A DNA stretch of 64,000 nucleotides from Klebsormidium nitens. Taxonomy: Eukaryota; Plantae; Klebsormidiophyceae. Position numbers and translations under genes: made by a program. The DNA lies in the NCBI GenBank assembly GCA_000708835.1, contig DF237042.1, forward strand, positions 124,001-188,000, in the 5' to 3' direction. A model generated the notes under the pieces. That model worked only from the letters and a program-made list of their open reading frames with translations. It was not told where the DNA came from and ran no database searches. Each line of letters opens with the position of its first letter. The stretch's first letter is position 1. Positions 1 through 13,070 of the stretch are shown one piece after another.

Positions 1-394
1 TAGATGCTTCGTCTAGGAACTTATAATCTCTCCTGTCTACCAAACTAATCCAGTCGTGCAACCCTCGTGTTTGTTTCTCAGTCAAGGTCTTTGCATCAAC
101 TTGAAATGATTGCAAGAAGGGTCCCTTTCAGAAAACATCTGCCTGGGAAGATTCGCCATACACGACCGCCTTGACGAACTATAGATTCCTCCCACGAGTA
201 CGATTGTACAAGACTTGAAGTCCCGGAGATTTTCGATATCACCTGGGCCTTTTTCTTGCCTGTCCGGCCCTTCGACTTTGCTAGGAGAGTTTGGACGGTC
301 TGATACAGCTGTTGTTGTGTTCTTCGACTCCTAGAAACGTAAGGTTGGGTAAAGATCATCCCTGTCCCTCACGGCTTCATTCTGCAAAACACAG

Positions 395-2254
395 ACTAGA
401 ACGCGCTTGGGATGCTTGTCTACCTGGAGGACCCGACGAAAGTGGGAAGAGCCGGAAGTTATCCTACACCTTCTTGCGAGGGGTAAGCTTGGAGGCACAA
501 GCATTCTGGCGCGCTCTGAAAGCGTTCTCGAGCATGTGCTTCTTTAAGAGCAGAGTCTTCGTCGACTTTCTTTTTACCTCTGTCCGAGGAAAGGCGTTGT
601 TTCTGGGATTGTGCTGCGCCGCTTATCCTTTTTTGCCTCTCATCTTTTTGATGGCACTGCGCAGATTTGTGCGTTTGCCTTCTGACGTGTCCCACCAATC
701 TCGTCTTGCAGTTCGAGAACTGGCTCTCGTTCGACACGAACCCGCTGTATGCGGTCCTGCACGAGGCAATCTACTGCCAGGTCAGTGCACTCTTCCTGGG
801 GCAAGCGTTATTCGTGCAGTCCCCTCATGTATAAGCGAACAGTCTTGCACTTTCTGCATCAGAGTCATTGTCAACGATCTGTGGTAGGATGTTATCTGAT
901 TTCGAAGCTGTACTATTCCTGCTTTGCATTCTCCAATTGATCGTTCTCTTGTTTCGGGCAGGGAGAGGCTTCTCGGTGGGCCGCTCAGCGCATTCGAGAG
1001 CAGAAACACCTCGCCACCAAGTTCGATGCCGTGCAAGCTGCACGGGAGGATCGGCCGGTCTACTTCACCGGGGAGGTGAGCTTGAGCATCTAAACGGCAA
1101 TGTAATGTGCCGTTGCCAACATAAGACTGCTCTTTCTTTAAAAGCCAGCATTCGAGAGGGGCCTCGAACATCACTCCCAGCGGCTGTGCAAAGCATGAGT
1201 CTTGCATCGCAAGACACTTTACACCGTGCCACTTTCGACGGCTCTTGGTGACTCTCAAGGGCGTCTGGAATCTTTTAGAGGAACCTGGCAGGGTCGACAG
1301 TGATTGTAAACGCTTAGAGGTCTGTCCGAGGTTCTGTATTCTGTATGCTTCTCAACCGACGGGTCTTGCTCTCCTAAATCTACACTCATGCAAGGGCGTT
1401 GAATCTGCTCGGAAAGGATCTGGCAGGTCTCGACAACGATTGCGAGAATCGAGTCTTCTCATGGGTTCTGTATACCTTTCATCCTTGACATCAATTCTGA
1501 TGCAGATGATCTTCCCCTGGATGTTCGACGAGTTGGCCGGGCTTCGGGAGCTCAAAGAGGTCGCTGACATCCTGGCTGAAAAGGCAGACTGGGGCGAGCT
1601 GTACCGCACAGACGTTCTTAGAGAAAACAACGTGAGCACGATCGAGCCGCTCTTGGTTCAAAAAATCAGGGAGCCTCTGAGAGAGAGCCGGGAAATGATG
1701 CTTGAGGATCGACTGTGCCGCTCGCCGCCGGGGCTTGACAGCCAATTCCAAACTCGGGCACCCAAGAAGTTACGCGGCCAGTCTGCGCTTCATAAAGTGC
1801 GGAAATCGACATGAAACTATACTCTCCGCCTTCGCGGAAACTATCGAACACTCCGTCAAAAACAGCATCTTGGTTGCGAGGTTATTGGGCCCGAGAAGCT
1901 TTTGTTCCAACTCTGCGAAAAGCGCTCGGTAGGCTGTTTCCGGGTGGTGCTTTTCCGCGAGTGTTGCCTGTTGGGAAGTGTAACTTTACGGAAATGTCTT
2001 TTGAGAGTCCAGTCCTGAGAAGCTCAGAGAAAACGGACGACTCGCTTCTTCTTTTGCAGGTGCCCGTTGCCGCGTGTTGCTATTACGAAGACATGTATGT
2101 GGACTTTGGGCTATCGCAAGGGACGGCGGCCGGTGTCAAAGGCTTGCGTTTGTGGGTGACAAGCGAGTTCCAACACTCCGGGATCCGAGAAGATGGACCG
2201 AGGGTACTGGAGAAGCTGTTGGCGCTTGCGTCTGAACAACACCCTCTGAATTGA
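395..2254 (+). CDS. Proline iminopeptidase-like alpha/beta hydrolase (S33), C-terminal part; 5' exons lie upstream of the window
   Basis: Exons 395-482, 712-780, 962-1075, 1506-1631, 2060-2254, all GT-AG and in frame. They give LERAWD..KLSYTFLRG|FENWLSFDTNPLYAVLHEAIYCQ|GEASRWAAQRIR..PVYFTGE|MIFPWMFDE..RENN|VPVAACCYYEDMYVDF..LRLWVTSEFQHSGIREDG. This matches the recalled C-terminus of plant/bacterial-type proline iminopeptidases, including catalytic Asp (YEDMYV) and His (QHSG). Stop TGA at 2252-2254. Confidence 0.9.
1285..1505 (+). repeat. Degenerate two-copy tandem duplication (period 134-135 bp) ending at the 3' splice site of a PIP intron
   Basis: ctggcagg..cgaca..gattg at 1285 and 1420; ggttctgtat at 1330 and 1464; ctcatgcaag (~1385) resembles the real ctgatgcag acceptor (1497-1505). 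Confidence 0.6.
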
Positions 2255-3533
2255 TTCTTGCGTGCAGTCTGCAAGTGTTGTAGTCTAAGCTGCCAGCGTT
2301 GATTACGTTGCAACCGCATGAAGGAGCGAATCACTAATTGGCCACTAATTCAGTTGGAAACTGTCGGAAGTGATGAAGGTGGTGTTGCGAGGGGACATGC
2401 ATCGATTGACCTGCGAGTCGAGAATCGAAGTCAAACCCTCTACCAGTGTTGAAGCACAACTTGACCGACAATTTTGGCGGAACTTATAACAAGTCGTTCA
2501 AACACGGGCAGATTCGGAGTCCAGGGCTCAGCTTGAGTCGGTTTGCGAGTGGAAAAGATGGATAATCTCCTGGTGCAAGTCGCTCAAGCTGCGGAAGGCT
2601 TGAATGCCGTCATAATCCACACAGGCACTCCAGTCAAGTCTAAGCTACTCCCGCCGGTGCAATGTATACTATATTGTACTACCAGCTCCTTTGCCACTAA
2701 TCATGGGCATGGGCGGCTGCGCGGCGCAGCCGCGGCCGGCCTTCGTATGCCATGATGGCAAAATATAGCTAGAACAGATTCGTGTGCACTGAGCGCTCAC
2801 TTCATCACACTGTCCGATAGTTTTTAGTGCCGCATGAGGCATGACATGATGGCCCCGATCACGTATGGTGGCATGCAAATTCCGAGCTCCATGCACATGC
2901 AAAATTCAATTAGCCGGCCGCACTGTATGACTTAACAATCGGAGAATCGTGTCGACACATGCCCGATCTAACGCAGCAAGCGCGCCACGCCAGCTAGGTC
3001 TATCTAACATTCAACTTATCCAGATGGATCAACATGAGCGACTGCAGCCGCGCATGCATTGAACGGGATCCAGGTGTGCGGGCGGCCGCATTCGAAGTGA
3101 CCTAGCAAGCAATTCCTATACGACTCCGTTGTACATGACCATATTGCTATGCATATTCTTGCGGAGCAATGATCCGCATGACCTATATAGCTCATGGTAT
3201 GTCTTCCACATGTCCGAAAAACTTCCTTTCAAAAGTCTTTTCTACACAGCAAGTCAGAGGCCGGGACAAGTCAATTTGACCAGCCGCGGACCTGTAAAAG
3301 CGCCACCGCAGATCAAGAGTAACTTTTCGAAGGACGGAAGACGGGCGGCCGACCATTCATCGTCAGCACTGCAAGAGTTGAGTCAAGCCTTTCTAGCTAT
3401 CCACGTTCCTCGATGCACCATAGAAACATAAGCATGCAGAGACTTTCATTAGCCACCTTAGCTTGGACTGTATCCAGACACTCTCAAAAACATACCTGTA
3501 CTTTACATCTATGACCGCATAACGTATCTCGTC

Positions 3534-6500
3534 CTATCGACGGCGCTTGCTGGAATCTCCACCTTGCATCAGCCGGTCAACCGTGCTGCCGAACGTACTG
3601 CCAAGTCCAGCGCCTATCGCTTCGGCGAGGTGCTTGAACTGCAAGAGGAGAGAAACGGACCACCTTAAGACCAACGTTCTGTCGGGAATGCGCACTCACA
3701 ACGGTCGCAAAGCGTTCAGCACACCAAAACGGACCCCCCTGATCAAGTCTTGAGTAAAGACCAGTGAAGATGCTTACCAGATAAAGCTTTCGTTCTGTCC
3801 GAATGCAACCACAGACTGCCGGGCTTAACCAAATATACGAAAAGACGCTACTTGGGAAGAAAATCCATTCTGTTTCCTTCAACTTCTAGCCTTCCTGCTC
3901 ACCTCGTCGGCCGACTTCTTTAGCTCCACGGCCTCCTCAATCCGCCGCTCGAGGAACTTCCACGTCTCTGCGAATCCTGCACCAAATGGGAAAGCAAGAT
4001 CAGGCTCTAGGCGCTTGGTGCAGTCGGATGGAAACAGTTCACTATCATGGTGGCATCAACCACAGCCAATCAAGAAAGGAAAAGGTGTATATTAAGCGTA
4101 CTCAGAAGATGTACAGTCAAGTCGATAAAGGTAATCAGATGCTAGCAGAAGCATCTGATACATGCCGCGCGTATACGAAAGAAAGCCTGCCCGACACAGA
4201 GGTAAGACAAGGTTTCCTTTCGCTTCCATCCGAGATCGACGAGGTCTGATGAGGTCTGATGGTAAAAGCCGGAAGGCATTACGCGATTTGCGTGACCTTG
4301 CCTTTCAATTTGCACCCTCCGAAGAAGCCTGGTGCCAGGCGCAACCTACCAAGACCCCGCTAGAACTTTCCTTTTCGTACAGATTTTGCCAAATGGACTC
4401 CATGATTTTCTCTGAAATACACCTACTCTGCTGCCACTCGGACAGGAGCGGTAAACATGCTGCCTTCGTCATTAGCAAGGAGGATGTTCTGAAAGCAATC
4501 GTCATCTTTCAGGAGTCATTGAACGATCACAGACACGAACCACGTAAAGAATCATCAATTTGAAGGGCGCTTGCCTGGGGAGAAGTCCGTGAGCATGTAG
4601 ACTTCCGTGGCGCCGTAGACTGCGGCGACCAGCCCCCGCTTGGCGTACCAGCTGGCATCCACGGCGGTGTCGCCCGTCACCTCCCACAGAACGTCCACGA
4701 GACGGGCCCGCTTCTGAACGGCAGCAGCCATGTTTTGGGGGAGAGCCTGCGACGGAAGATTATGAGAGGGTCTGTAGATTTCAGTTGGGTCAATGGTGAA
4801 ACGAAGATGATACGCCCGTTGCATATCAACACACTCTTGAGTCTCTTTCGAACGGCAGCAGCCATGTTTTGGGGGAGAGCCTGCAACGAATTTTTACGAG
4901 AGGGTCTGTGGATTTCAGTTGGGTCATTTTGGAAGCGCAGATGATACTACCGTCGCTTATCGACACACTCTTAAGTCTCTTCCGAACGGCAGCAGCCATG
5001 TTTTGGGGGAGAGCCTGCAACGAATTTTCACGAGAGGGTTTGTGGATTTCAGTTGGGTCATCTTGGAAACGCAGATGATACTACCGTCGCTTGTCGAAAC
5101 ACTCATGGTCTCGTCTGAACGGCAGCAGCCATCTTTAGCGGAAGGGCCTGCGAAAGAAGTCTACGAGAGGCTGTTGACTGACGGTTGGATCACTGGTGAA
5201 ACGAAGACTTCTCTCCCGTCGCATTTCCACACACGCCTGGTCGCTTTTGCGTGACAATCAAGCGCCGGCTTCTTTAGGCACACGAGGGACTATCCCAGTC
5301 ACGGTGCCTCGTCAGCCTGGAAGTGTATTGAAAGTTATACGTCCGTGACCCCCGAGCGTAATACGTGTCGCTCGTCCAAGATGACCACGTGGCTCGAAGT
5401 GCAGCAAAGTATGTTGAACTTGAACCTTTTTGAAACATTGAAGAGCGCACGCCATTCTTCGGCCCGTCGGCAGGGCTCTTGCAGCCACACCCCGACAACA
5501 TCCGGGCGGTTCCCTTCTGAGAGGGCCTGATGGGACACGTGACCCGATAAATGAATGCCAAGCCCCTTGGCTTCGAAAGCGTGTATGGTTCACGAGTGCA
5601 GCCGTCAAGGTGAGATACAGGAAATCAGACCAGTTTCAGTGTGAGCGGGGACAAGGAGAATGGTACCGGAGAGAAGCTAAGGCTGATCGTTGTTGGAACT
5701 TGCCCTGCTGACGTCAAGGTAAGGGCTGTCGGGCGATCTTGTATATTTTGGCCGTTGGATCCTCACAGACGTATCCTCCGACGGCCTGAGAGGCATCTTG
5801 TTCCTTATACGTCTGAAGTAGAGGGACCAATACGCGACTTAGGCCGTCCTATGGCACTTCCAATGGGATTCGACGCTTCAAACACTGCAGTTCCAACTGG
5901 TCCCAGCCTTAGCTTCGCTCCGGTACCGATTCTCCTTGTCCCCGCTCAGTCAACAAACCAGGTTCTCACCTGTAGCGCCAGCGCTTGGGGCCACGTGGTT
6001 ACATACGGCGCCTGCATCTCCAGCCGCAGCTTGATGGCCTGCACCAGCTTGTCCCGCGTGGACAGCTCCGAGAACGCGGACCCTTCCTCCTCTACTGTCT
6101 TCGCCAGCTTCTTGTTGCACTCGTCGATGAAAAACTGCGGGAAGATCAGGGTTTGCAGAGGGTGAGAAATGTTGCCATACTTGGAAGGAAAGACAGAATC
6201 GCAGTCATTTTAGTAAGGAACCACTACGGCAAAGGGAAAGACTGAGTTGCTCTTAAGACGAGACTACGGGACAAGTTGGAGTCTTGATTGCTAATCGATT
6301 GCAGGTCAAGTTCGAGAAAGTAAGTAGGCGCGTGAGAGATTCATGAGAGATGCGGAACATAACTCATGTCAATTCATCAACAAGTTTGTGCAGATACTGA
6401 TGAATGCAGGTCGTGTCGTTTGTAGAGGGTTAAAACAGGTGAAGGCAAGTCCGATCTGTTCGGCCACCACTTGAACATGCATCTGAAGTTCCAGTGATAA

Positions 6501-7880
6501 ACGAAGCTGAAGAGATCCTTTGAATCCGGTAGAAAATGCTCGCTGCTCCGAAGGATAACGAATTCAAGAGTCAGTTAGTGTCGGTCTACTTCTTCTCGAT
6601 GATATCGATGATAGTCTACAAACGACGTGCACGCCGTATGCTGGTTTACAAAGCAGGGTTTCCTCAAAAATTGCTGGAGATGCAGAGATGTACTACGATG
6701 CTGACGCCTGTAGCAGTGAGTAAAAACAACCGCATCTGATGAACAATCCAACGTCCGAGACTGGTCTCACAGCGTGCCCTTCCTTTGTGCATCTGAGGTA
6801 GAAAGAACATCCTTCCTTTGTACCTCACCTCTAGCAATTCCACACCTCCCCTGCCAAAGACCCCAGCAGCCGCTGGCGACAGGCCAATATCCCTAGCCCC
6901 CGCAGCGAGTGCGGCATCGGACCAGCCCAACGTGACCTGCAGGATGAGGCAAGACGGTCTTTGTAGACTGCAACCAAAACATCGTTCAATGCCTTACTTG
7001 ATTTGAATTGATGCCAAATCTGACGCAAGGCTAGAAGATGAGCAAGCCGTGGGAACCTTTTACTTCCAGTGCAGGGAATAGATGAAGATTGAGTGCACCT
7101 GAACATCTTGGCAAAGCCTGCGCACGATCTGTATGGACATCGCGCCAAGCTAAACCAACATGATGACTGTTCTCTGAACGCAGACTAAACAGTGAGCCGC
7201 ATTGAAGTGATCAATAACATTTAGTGACCAAGGGGTGATCTGACACTTCCCATTCGCCCTCCTCAATATATATGCAAGTCAGAAACTTAAAACTTTCACA
7301 CAATTGCTGATCAACGGCCACTCGGCAGAAATTAGCTCACCACATGATTCAGCGCAGCTTCCAGTATCTCATCCCTGTCGCTCCTCGCCTGCTCCTTCTT
7401 CGCCTCTTCTCCTATGATCCTTTTGGCTTCGGCCACTCCCGGCGCTGCCTCCTGCCGCACCGCATCTCTCCGTTCATTCTCAGCCTTGTGCACAGCATTG
7501 GCATCAACAAAGGGGATGGTCTTGGGTTTCTGCTCTGGCTTGCGCTGACTGGTACCAGGCTTGCTTGACTCCGCCTCTACGGAGGGCAATGTCTTTGGTT
7601 CTTGCGGAGGTTTTGAATGGCTAGCCTGGGAATCAGGACTAGATACGGCACATCTCCAGGGTTCGAGCCTGTACCCGCGGGACCCGCTGGTGCTCTGCTC
7701 CGGCATGCTTGGGATTCCGCTGACGCATGATGAGGTCAGCTGGGAAGGAGGAGATGGGTGCGTAAGGAGAAGAGTTGGCGGGAAACGGGGGTGGCTAATG
7801 GAGCGATGCGAGTTTGCACGTGCTTGGTGGAAAAGCTCCTTTCCGAGCAGCTGGTACAGGAGGCGACTGGGGAGCGCCAT
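3534..7880 (-). CDS. COQ9: Ubiquinone biosynthesis protein COQ9, mitochondrial (387 aa)
   Basis: Exons 7341-7880, 6829-6936, 5970-6134, 4575-4746, 3903-3976, 3534-3638 (1164 nt, in frame). Motifs: ILEAALNHVVTLGWSDAALAAGARDIGLSP, FFIDECNKKL, IKLRLEMQAPYVTTWPQALALQ, WYAKRGLVAAVYGATEVYMLTDFSPGFAETWKFLERRI. Arg/Ser-rich presequence-like N-terminus. Intron 4 needs a GC donor. Confidence 0.95.
4716..5235 (-). repeat. Four-copy tandem repeat (period 134/134/133 bp); each unit is an intron 3' end, a CAG acceptor and the first ~31 nt of COQ9 exon 4
   Basis: gaacggcagcagccat at about 4716, 4850, 4984 and 5117. On the gene strand each unit reads ...gcag|gctctcccccaaaacatggctgctgccgttc; the fourth copy is diverged. 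Confidence 0.95.
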
Positions 7881-8527
7881 TTTGCAAACAATGACGCCTC
7901 TCTTCCTTGATACTTCTCCCTGCTTCCCTGCTTTGAATCAGCTTGGCCTAGCTGCGACACGGCAGAAACGCGCATTGCCATACGCTCAGATTCTTACGCC
8001 AAAACTTCAAGCCAGATTATATACAACCGAAGTCCAAAACTTTGATTGTACCGTAATCCAACTCGGCTGCAGCCTTGCTATGTAAAACTATCATGCTACT
8101 GTATGGTACCGCCGCTTTCTACTTACAAAATACAATATCTTACATCATTTTGTTCCAATCTTGCTCATACGCGCTGCTATAATGCTCATAGGCACCCTGC
8201 TTATACCTACTTGGGAAAGGAAATGCCAGCTGGCGAGCTTGATTTGCGTCCAGCTGGCATGAACACCAGTTCGACTTCAGCCTTCAGGACTTCTGCTTCT
8301 CTTCGTCTTGCAGAATCTGAAGAGGGGAGCTTTCTGCTTCTTCTCCATTGAGCTTCCAGCTTTTTGTTCGTTTTGACGAGACTCTGCAGGACCAGCAGCA
8401 TTGCTTTGATCCCCTCATCAACCCTGCAGAAAGCTCTACTGCAATTTTTCAGAGTACACTCGCAATTGACGCCGCTGCACTGACTGTGACAGGACAGCAT
8501 CTCTCACATTGTTGAGCTTCTTCTGCA

Positions 8528-11500
8528 ATGGAAGCGATTGCAGAAAAGGTTGCAGAAAAGGTTGCGGGCCGGAGCTGGTTTGACGCTCTTCTAGAAGAGG
8601 GCGTCTTGTGCGCAACTCTCTACCTGGTGTATGTCCAGGGTACCACCCTTTTGCGCTTGGCGCACGGTGTCTACCAGAAGGCTGAAGACCAAGTGGAGTC
8701 CAAAGTGCAGTCATTTCAGGAGCCAGGGGTGAGTGTGAACAAAGCTTCTCAATCCAGAAGCAGGTCGAAACAAGTTCTATGAATAAAAGTTGATGCCAAA
8801 TTTTATCAGGTGAAAGGCAGCTTTTGAAACCCTGGACTTCAATCAATGTTTAGTCTCCTCCTGGGACAATTGCATGCATGCAGACATGAGGAGACTGTTG
8901 GAGAAGTGTTGCGCAGAACGTCATCATTAAGCATGGGCCAAATGTGAGCTCAGTTGCCCTCCTTACACTGGTAGTAACCCAAGGAGATGCTGTTTTGGCT
9001 GTCAATGCGAAAAGTTACTGCCTACGCAAGCTTCTCCTGGCTATGTTGAACCCATTAGCAAACCACCAAAGAAGGTGACCCATTATGTATCTCCAGACCT
9101 TTGATTGCAGTTCACAATCAGAGGCCAAGCTGGTCACCGTGGCTCCCCTTTCGCAACCATGCCAAACCGTACCATCTCTAATCTTTGTGACCTGTTTGGT
9201 GGTGCAGAAGAAACGGGATGTGACCGCCAACAATGTACCATTTGAGCACTCCATGTTTGGAGCCGCCGACTGGCCACTGAAAGCGCTGGTGGCATTCCTG
9301 ATTCTGAGCCACTTGTGAGTAACAAAGGCTGTTCTCCGGATCAAGCAGATGTTGTTTGGCGTCCGGAAGCAGTGCTCATTCCCGAAAATCAGTGCTCATT
9401 CCCGCTCGGATGTCCTGAAGTAGGGATAACTTAGAAGTGACTTTCAATGAATGAAGTTGGACCATTCAAAGGTCATGGGCCAGTGGAGAAGAGACCCTCG
9501 TCGAGCAAACGTTATAAGCGCTGGCAGCTGGCGTGCTACCTTCGAATGCAGGAAGAATCCAGCTCTTTGGATCCTGCAGATGTAAAACAACTCTGTCCTT
9601 CAATTTCTTCCAAATCAGCTGAATGATTTGTCAGTCCTGTCGTGCTCTGTTGACCCCTTTCTCTACATTATCCTTGATCTGTTCATTTGGCGTCTCGCCT
9701 TTTCCTTCTGCTTATCACTTGCATTCTCGGACAATGCAGTGCGTCCACCTTCTTCTTCCCCACTTACTTTGCCACCGAGCAGCTGTGGCTGGCCCGACGG
9801 GCGGCTATCGTCCTGTGTGGTCTCTGGTTTGGTTTCCGCTGGAAGAGCAACTACACCAGGCTGCTCATTAGGCACAATCCGCATGACCGGGTAAGTAGGT
9901 CAAAGAAACAATGTCAAAATCCAAGGGAGGGAACGAGAGAACGAAATTCGCGTCCTTCTTACACAATTTGCAGTTGACCTTGTTGATACATAGCAGCAGC
10001 ACACTGTTTCTTGTGCAGGATATTCGCTTCTCATTGCCATCGTCGAACGTGATCTGTGGTGATCGTTGCGATCAACCTATGGAGACGAAAGTAACTGACC
10101 TTAATCTGGACTAAACTTGTCGTCTGGTTCAATTGATGTCTACGTTCAAGTGATCTCTCGAGGTACTTACCGTTTTATCAGCCATTCTAGCTGTGGGGTT
10201 ATGCTAACCAGGCTTTTCATCCCGCAGGACCGCTACATTGTGCTCGACAAAGTCGCTACCATCGGCTTAGTAACAGTCGCAGCCCTCAGCTTGGGCGAAG
10301 TCATTGGGGTCGCTTTCCAGTCCTTGCTAGCAATTGGGGGAGTCTCGGGAATTGCAGCGGGGCTGGCGGCAAAGGACTTGTTGGGCAACCTCTTCAGCGG
10401 GGCGCTTATGTACGTTACACGGCCATTCAAGATTGGCGAATTTATCAGCGTGAGTCGTGCGCCCCCTCTCTTTGTAACAACTTGCCGTCGCGGTCAGAAT
10501 TTGTTGGTTTTAAAACAGTAACGGACTTGGGTGCTTCGACATGGGCTCTGTTGGTTCAGATTCTATCGAGGTCCTGACAGTTTGACGGCTCGCTAGGACT
10601 TTCAATGTTCCCTCTATCGCCGCACAAAAGTAGCACAGACGCTTTTGCGATGTGACGACTAGTCACAAGTTCCGTAGTTTGGCTCTCCTTGGGTAAAGGA
10701 CAATATGATACGAGAAGGGCCTAAGAGACTGGCCCTTCTGTTACGAATCTTGGAAGGTTCAGAGTCGGAGCCAAAGTGACCGCTTCATAACGGAAGCATC
10801 AAACCTCTGGGATGAGATGCTGGCATTGGGGAGACGCCCTCTGGGATCCGTTCGATATTTTAGGCTTTCAAGTCGCCGATGAGCTTCTTTTGAAAACTTG
10901 GGCTTGTTGATCAACGATTTGGATTCCGCAGACCTTTGCGCAAGGCCAGGACGAGGAGATTCCATCCAATCCAACACACATATCTTTCATAACAACACGG
11001 GACTTTGAGATGGCTTGGAAACGAAGTTGCAGCTTTTGTGCATTTCCTCAGGTCCGCATTCCTGAAGTCCTTCTGTGGTGTTCCAACATTCCTTCTTTCT
11101 CTCACCACCTCCTGTTAATCTCATTTGACTTGTCTTCCAACCCTGCAGGCCGGCCCTGCGACTGGGAAAGTCTTGGACATAGGTGAGCGAACGGCCGCAC
11201 TCAGCCGCTTGGAATGCTTCTAACGTGACGAGTATGTGGTCTATCTGGGCAGTCTCTTATCTTCGGCGTGACTTTCCGTTGCGCTTTCGCAAACTTTGCT
11301 ACTCTGGACTCAATGCAAAAGTCCATTTGGACCTCAAGATAGAGAGGTCTTCAATTAAAAAGGACTTGTCTATCTAACCCGAACTGGTGTCCGTTAATCG
11401 TCACTGACAAAATCAATGCTTCCCCGCTTAAATCGGGAACTAGTCCGGACGTCTACTGGAAAGCATGAAGGAGCGAAGGCGCTGTCCGTAAAAGCCGACT

Positions 11501-13070
11501 GAGTTATTCACTATCTCTCGCAGGTTTCTACAACACGAAGATGCTCACAGTTGACCGTGCCATCACGTACGTCCCTAACTCCAGCTTCACTTGCTCGGTG
11601 AGACGGCGCTCCTTCTCCTCTCAACAATTTCAAGTTCTTGCTGCTGAAACGGTTTTTTTCCACTTACGGGTGACAAGTTTGCCCCTGTCCCGTACCTATG
11701 GTCATGTTTATTTGAGCCTAAGCGCTTGTTTAGACAGTATTGCTTAGGGAATGTGCTTACCTGAAGCGGGCTGACGTTGTATTCGGCGTAGCGGCTATAC
11801 CTAATTTCTTCTCCCGAACTTGCACATCCAACGCCTGGAAGCGACTGGATTGTTGTCGACGCATCGGTCCTTGCAATCTGTTGGCCTTATTGAATTATCA
11901 CAAGGCCCCCTTTCTTTATGAAGGAAGCCTCTTCCTCCCCGTGGTCAGAAAGGATCCTGTCTCCGGCGTTCTCACGTTCAGCGCTCAGTATCATCTCTTT
12001 ATAGTCCGGATGGATTCTGGTTGACAAATTGACCCCTACTTTATGTATCAAGTCGAATTCCAACTTCTACGATTGTGACCGTCACCCCCACTTTCTACAG
12101 ACGATCACCAACTTTTCGCGCCAAGAGACGCGCTACATCGAGGGCACGTTCCTGGTACGTCACCGTGACATCAGCGCCGTCGACGCCATCACCGCGGACC
12201 TGCGCGAGCTGCTGCGCGCGCACCCCGCCGTTGACACGCAGGAGCAGCCCCCGCGCGCGTTCCTGGCGAAAGTGGGGCCGCTGGGGGCGGAGATCGCTAT
12301 GAACGCGGTTACGAAGCCGATTGTAAGTATCATTGAGACCAAGAAGCTCTTGGAGACTTGGCGCTGGTTTTGTGCTTGGCGCATTGTGCGTCGTAGTTGA
12401 GCCCCGTCGGTGGGGTCGGAGATTGCCATCGACGGGCTGACGAAGCCGACTGTGAGTAGTTTCCTGGGTTGTGAAAGTGTAATATCCATTTCTTTTGGAA
12501 TGATTCAGATGTTGAGGCGGTGGTTTTTGTGTTTGCGCGTTGTGCTTCGTTGCTTACAGCTGCCGAGGGCGGAGATTGTCACGAAGGCAATTGTAATCGC
12601 CGAAGAGAGAATAAACGTGTGCAAGGATTTGCCCACTGAGCTCTAAATAGTGCAGACATGGACTTTTAACCTAGCATTGGAGTCGTACATTTTGCGGCTT
12701 GACGTGTCTAAGCCCGCTAAAGTGGGGTCGCTGGGGCCCGAGATAGCTTAACGTAGTCACCAAAGTGAATCAAAGAACCGACTCGGACATGATCAGAACT
12801 AAATTCCAGAAGATTCCTTGCCACTCCCGGAGTGCGGAGTGCTTCGGCTGTCAACCGCTCCCGTTCCGTTCGTGTTGTCTGTTCCGTCTTATGATTCTGC
12901 ACAGGGCAACAGTCTGGTCGACGAGGTTGCTTAGATCAACTTTCTCATCCTTGCAGGGGTTCGACGACTACTTGGTTGCGAAGCAAACGCTCCTTGTGAA
13001 GGCTGCTAAGATTATAGAGAGCCATGGGGCGGTCATTGGCCCCGCTCTGCCTCCAAATTGGCAGCAATAA
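8528..13070 (+). CDS. Mechanosensitive channel of small conductance, MSL1-like (paralog a); start codon uncertain
   Basis: Exons 8528-8728, 9208-9314, 9740-9890, 10228-10449, 11149-11182, 11524-11597, 12101-12322, 12957-13070 (1125 nt, in frame). Motifs: WFGFRWKSN, LDKVATIG, QSLLAIGGVSGIAAGLAAKDLLGNLFSG..TRPFKIGE, AGPATGKVLDIGFYNT, YVPNS, TITNFSR. All align with the recalled MSL1/MscS core. A further 5' exon is possible. Confidence 0.9.
12265..12752 (+). repeat. Degenerate four-copy repeat of the 3' end of MSL-a exon 7, its donor and adjacent intron
   Basis: (c/g)cggagat/ccgagat cores at 12288, 12417, 12570, 12738 (spacing 129, 153, 168). Copy 2 reads VGSEIAIDGLTKPT|gtgagt versus the real LGAEIAMNAVTKPI|gtaagt. 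Copy 4 aaagtggggtcgctggggcccgagatagct resembles the exon's aaagtggggccgctgggggcggagatcgct. Confidence 0.8.

Noticed and set aside
4716-5235. CRISPR-like look (conserved ~35-nt motif with ~100-nt intervals)
   Set aside because: The intervals are homologous to each other, the motif is COQ9 exon sequence, the host is eukaryotic and no cas genes are present.
8223-8351. Ser-rich MNTSSTSAFRTSASLR.. as the MSL-a transit peptide
   Set aside because: It ends at TGA 8349-8351 and I found no convincing donor to join it to 8528; left unresolved.
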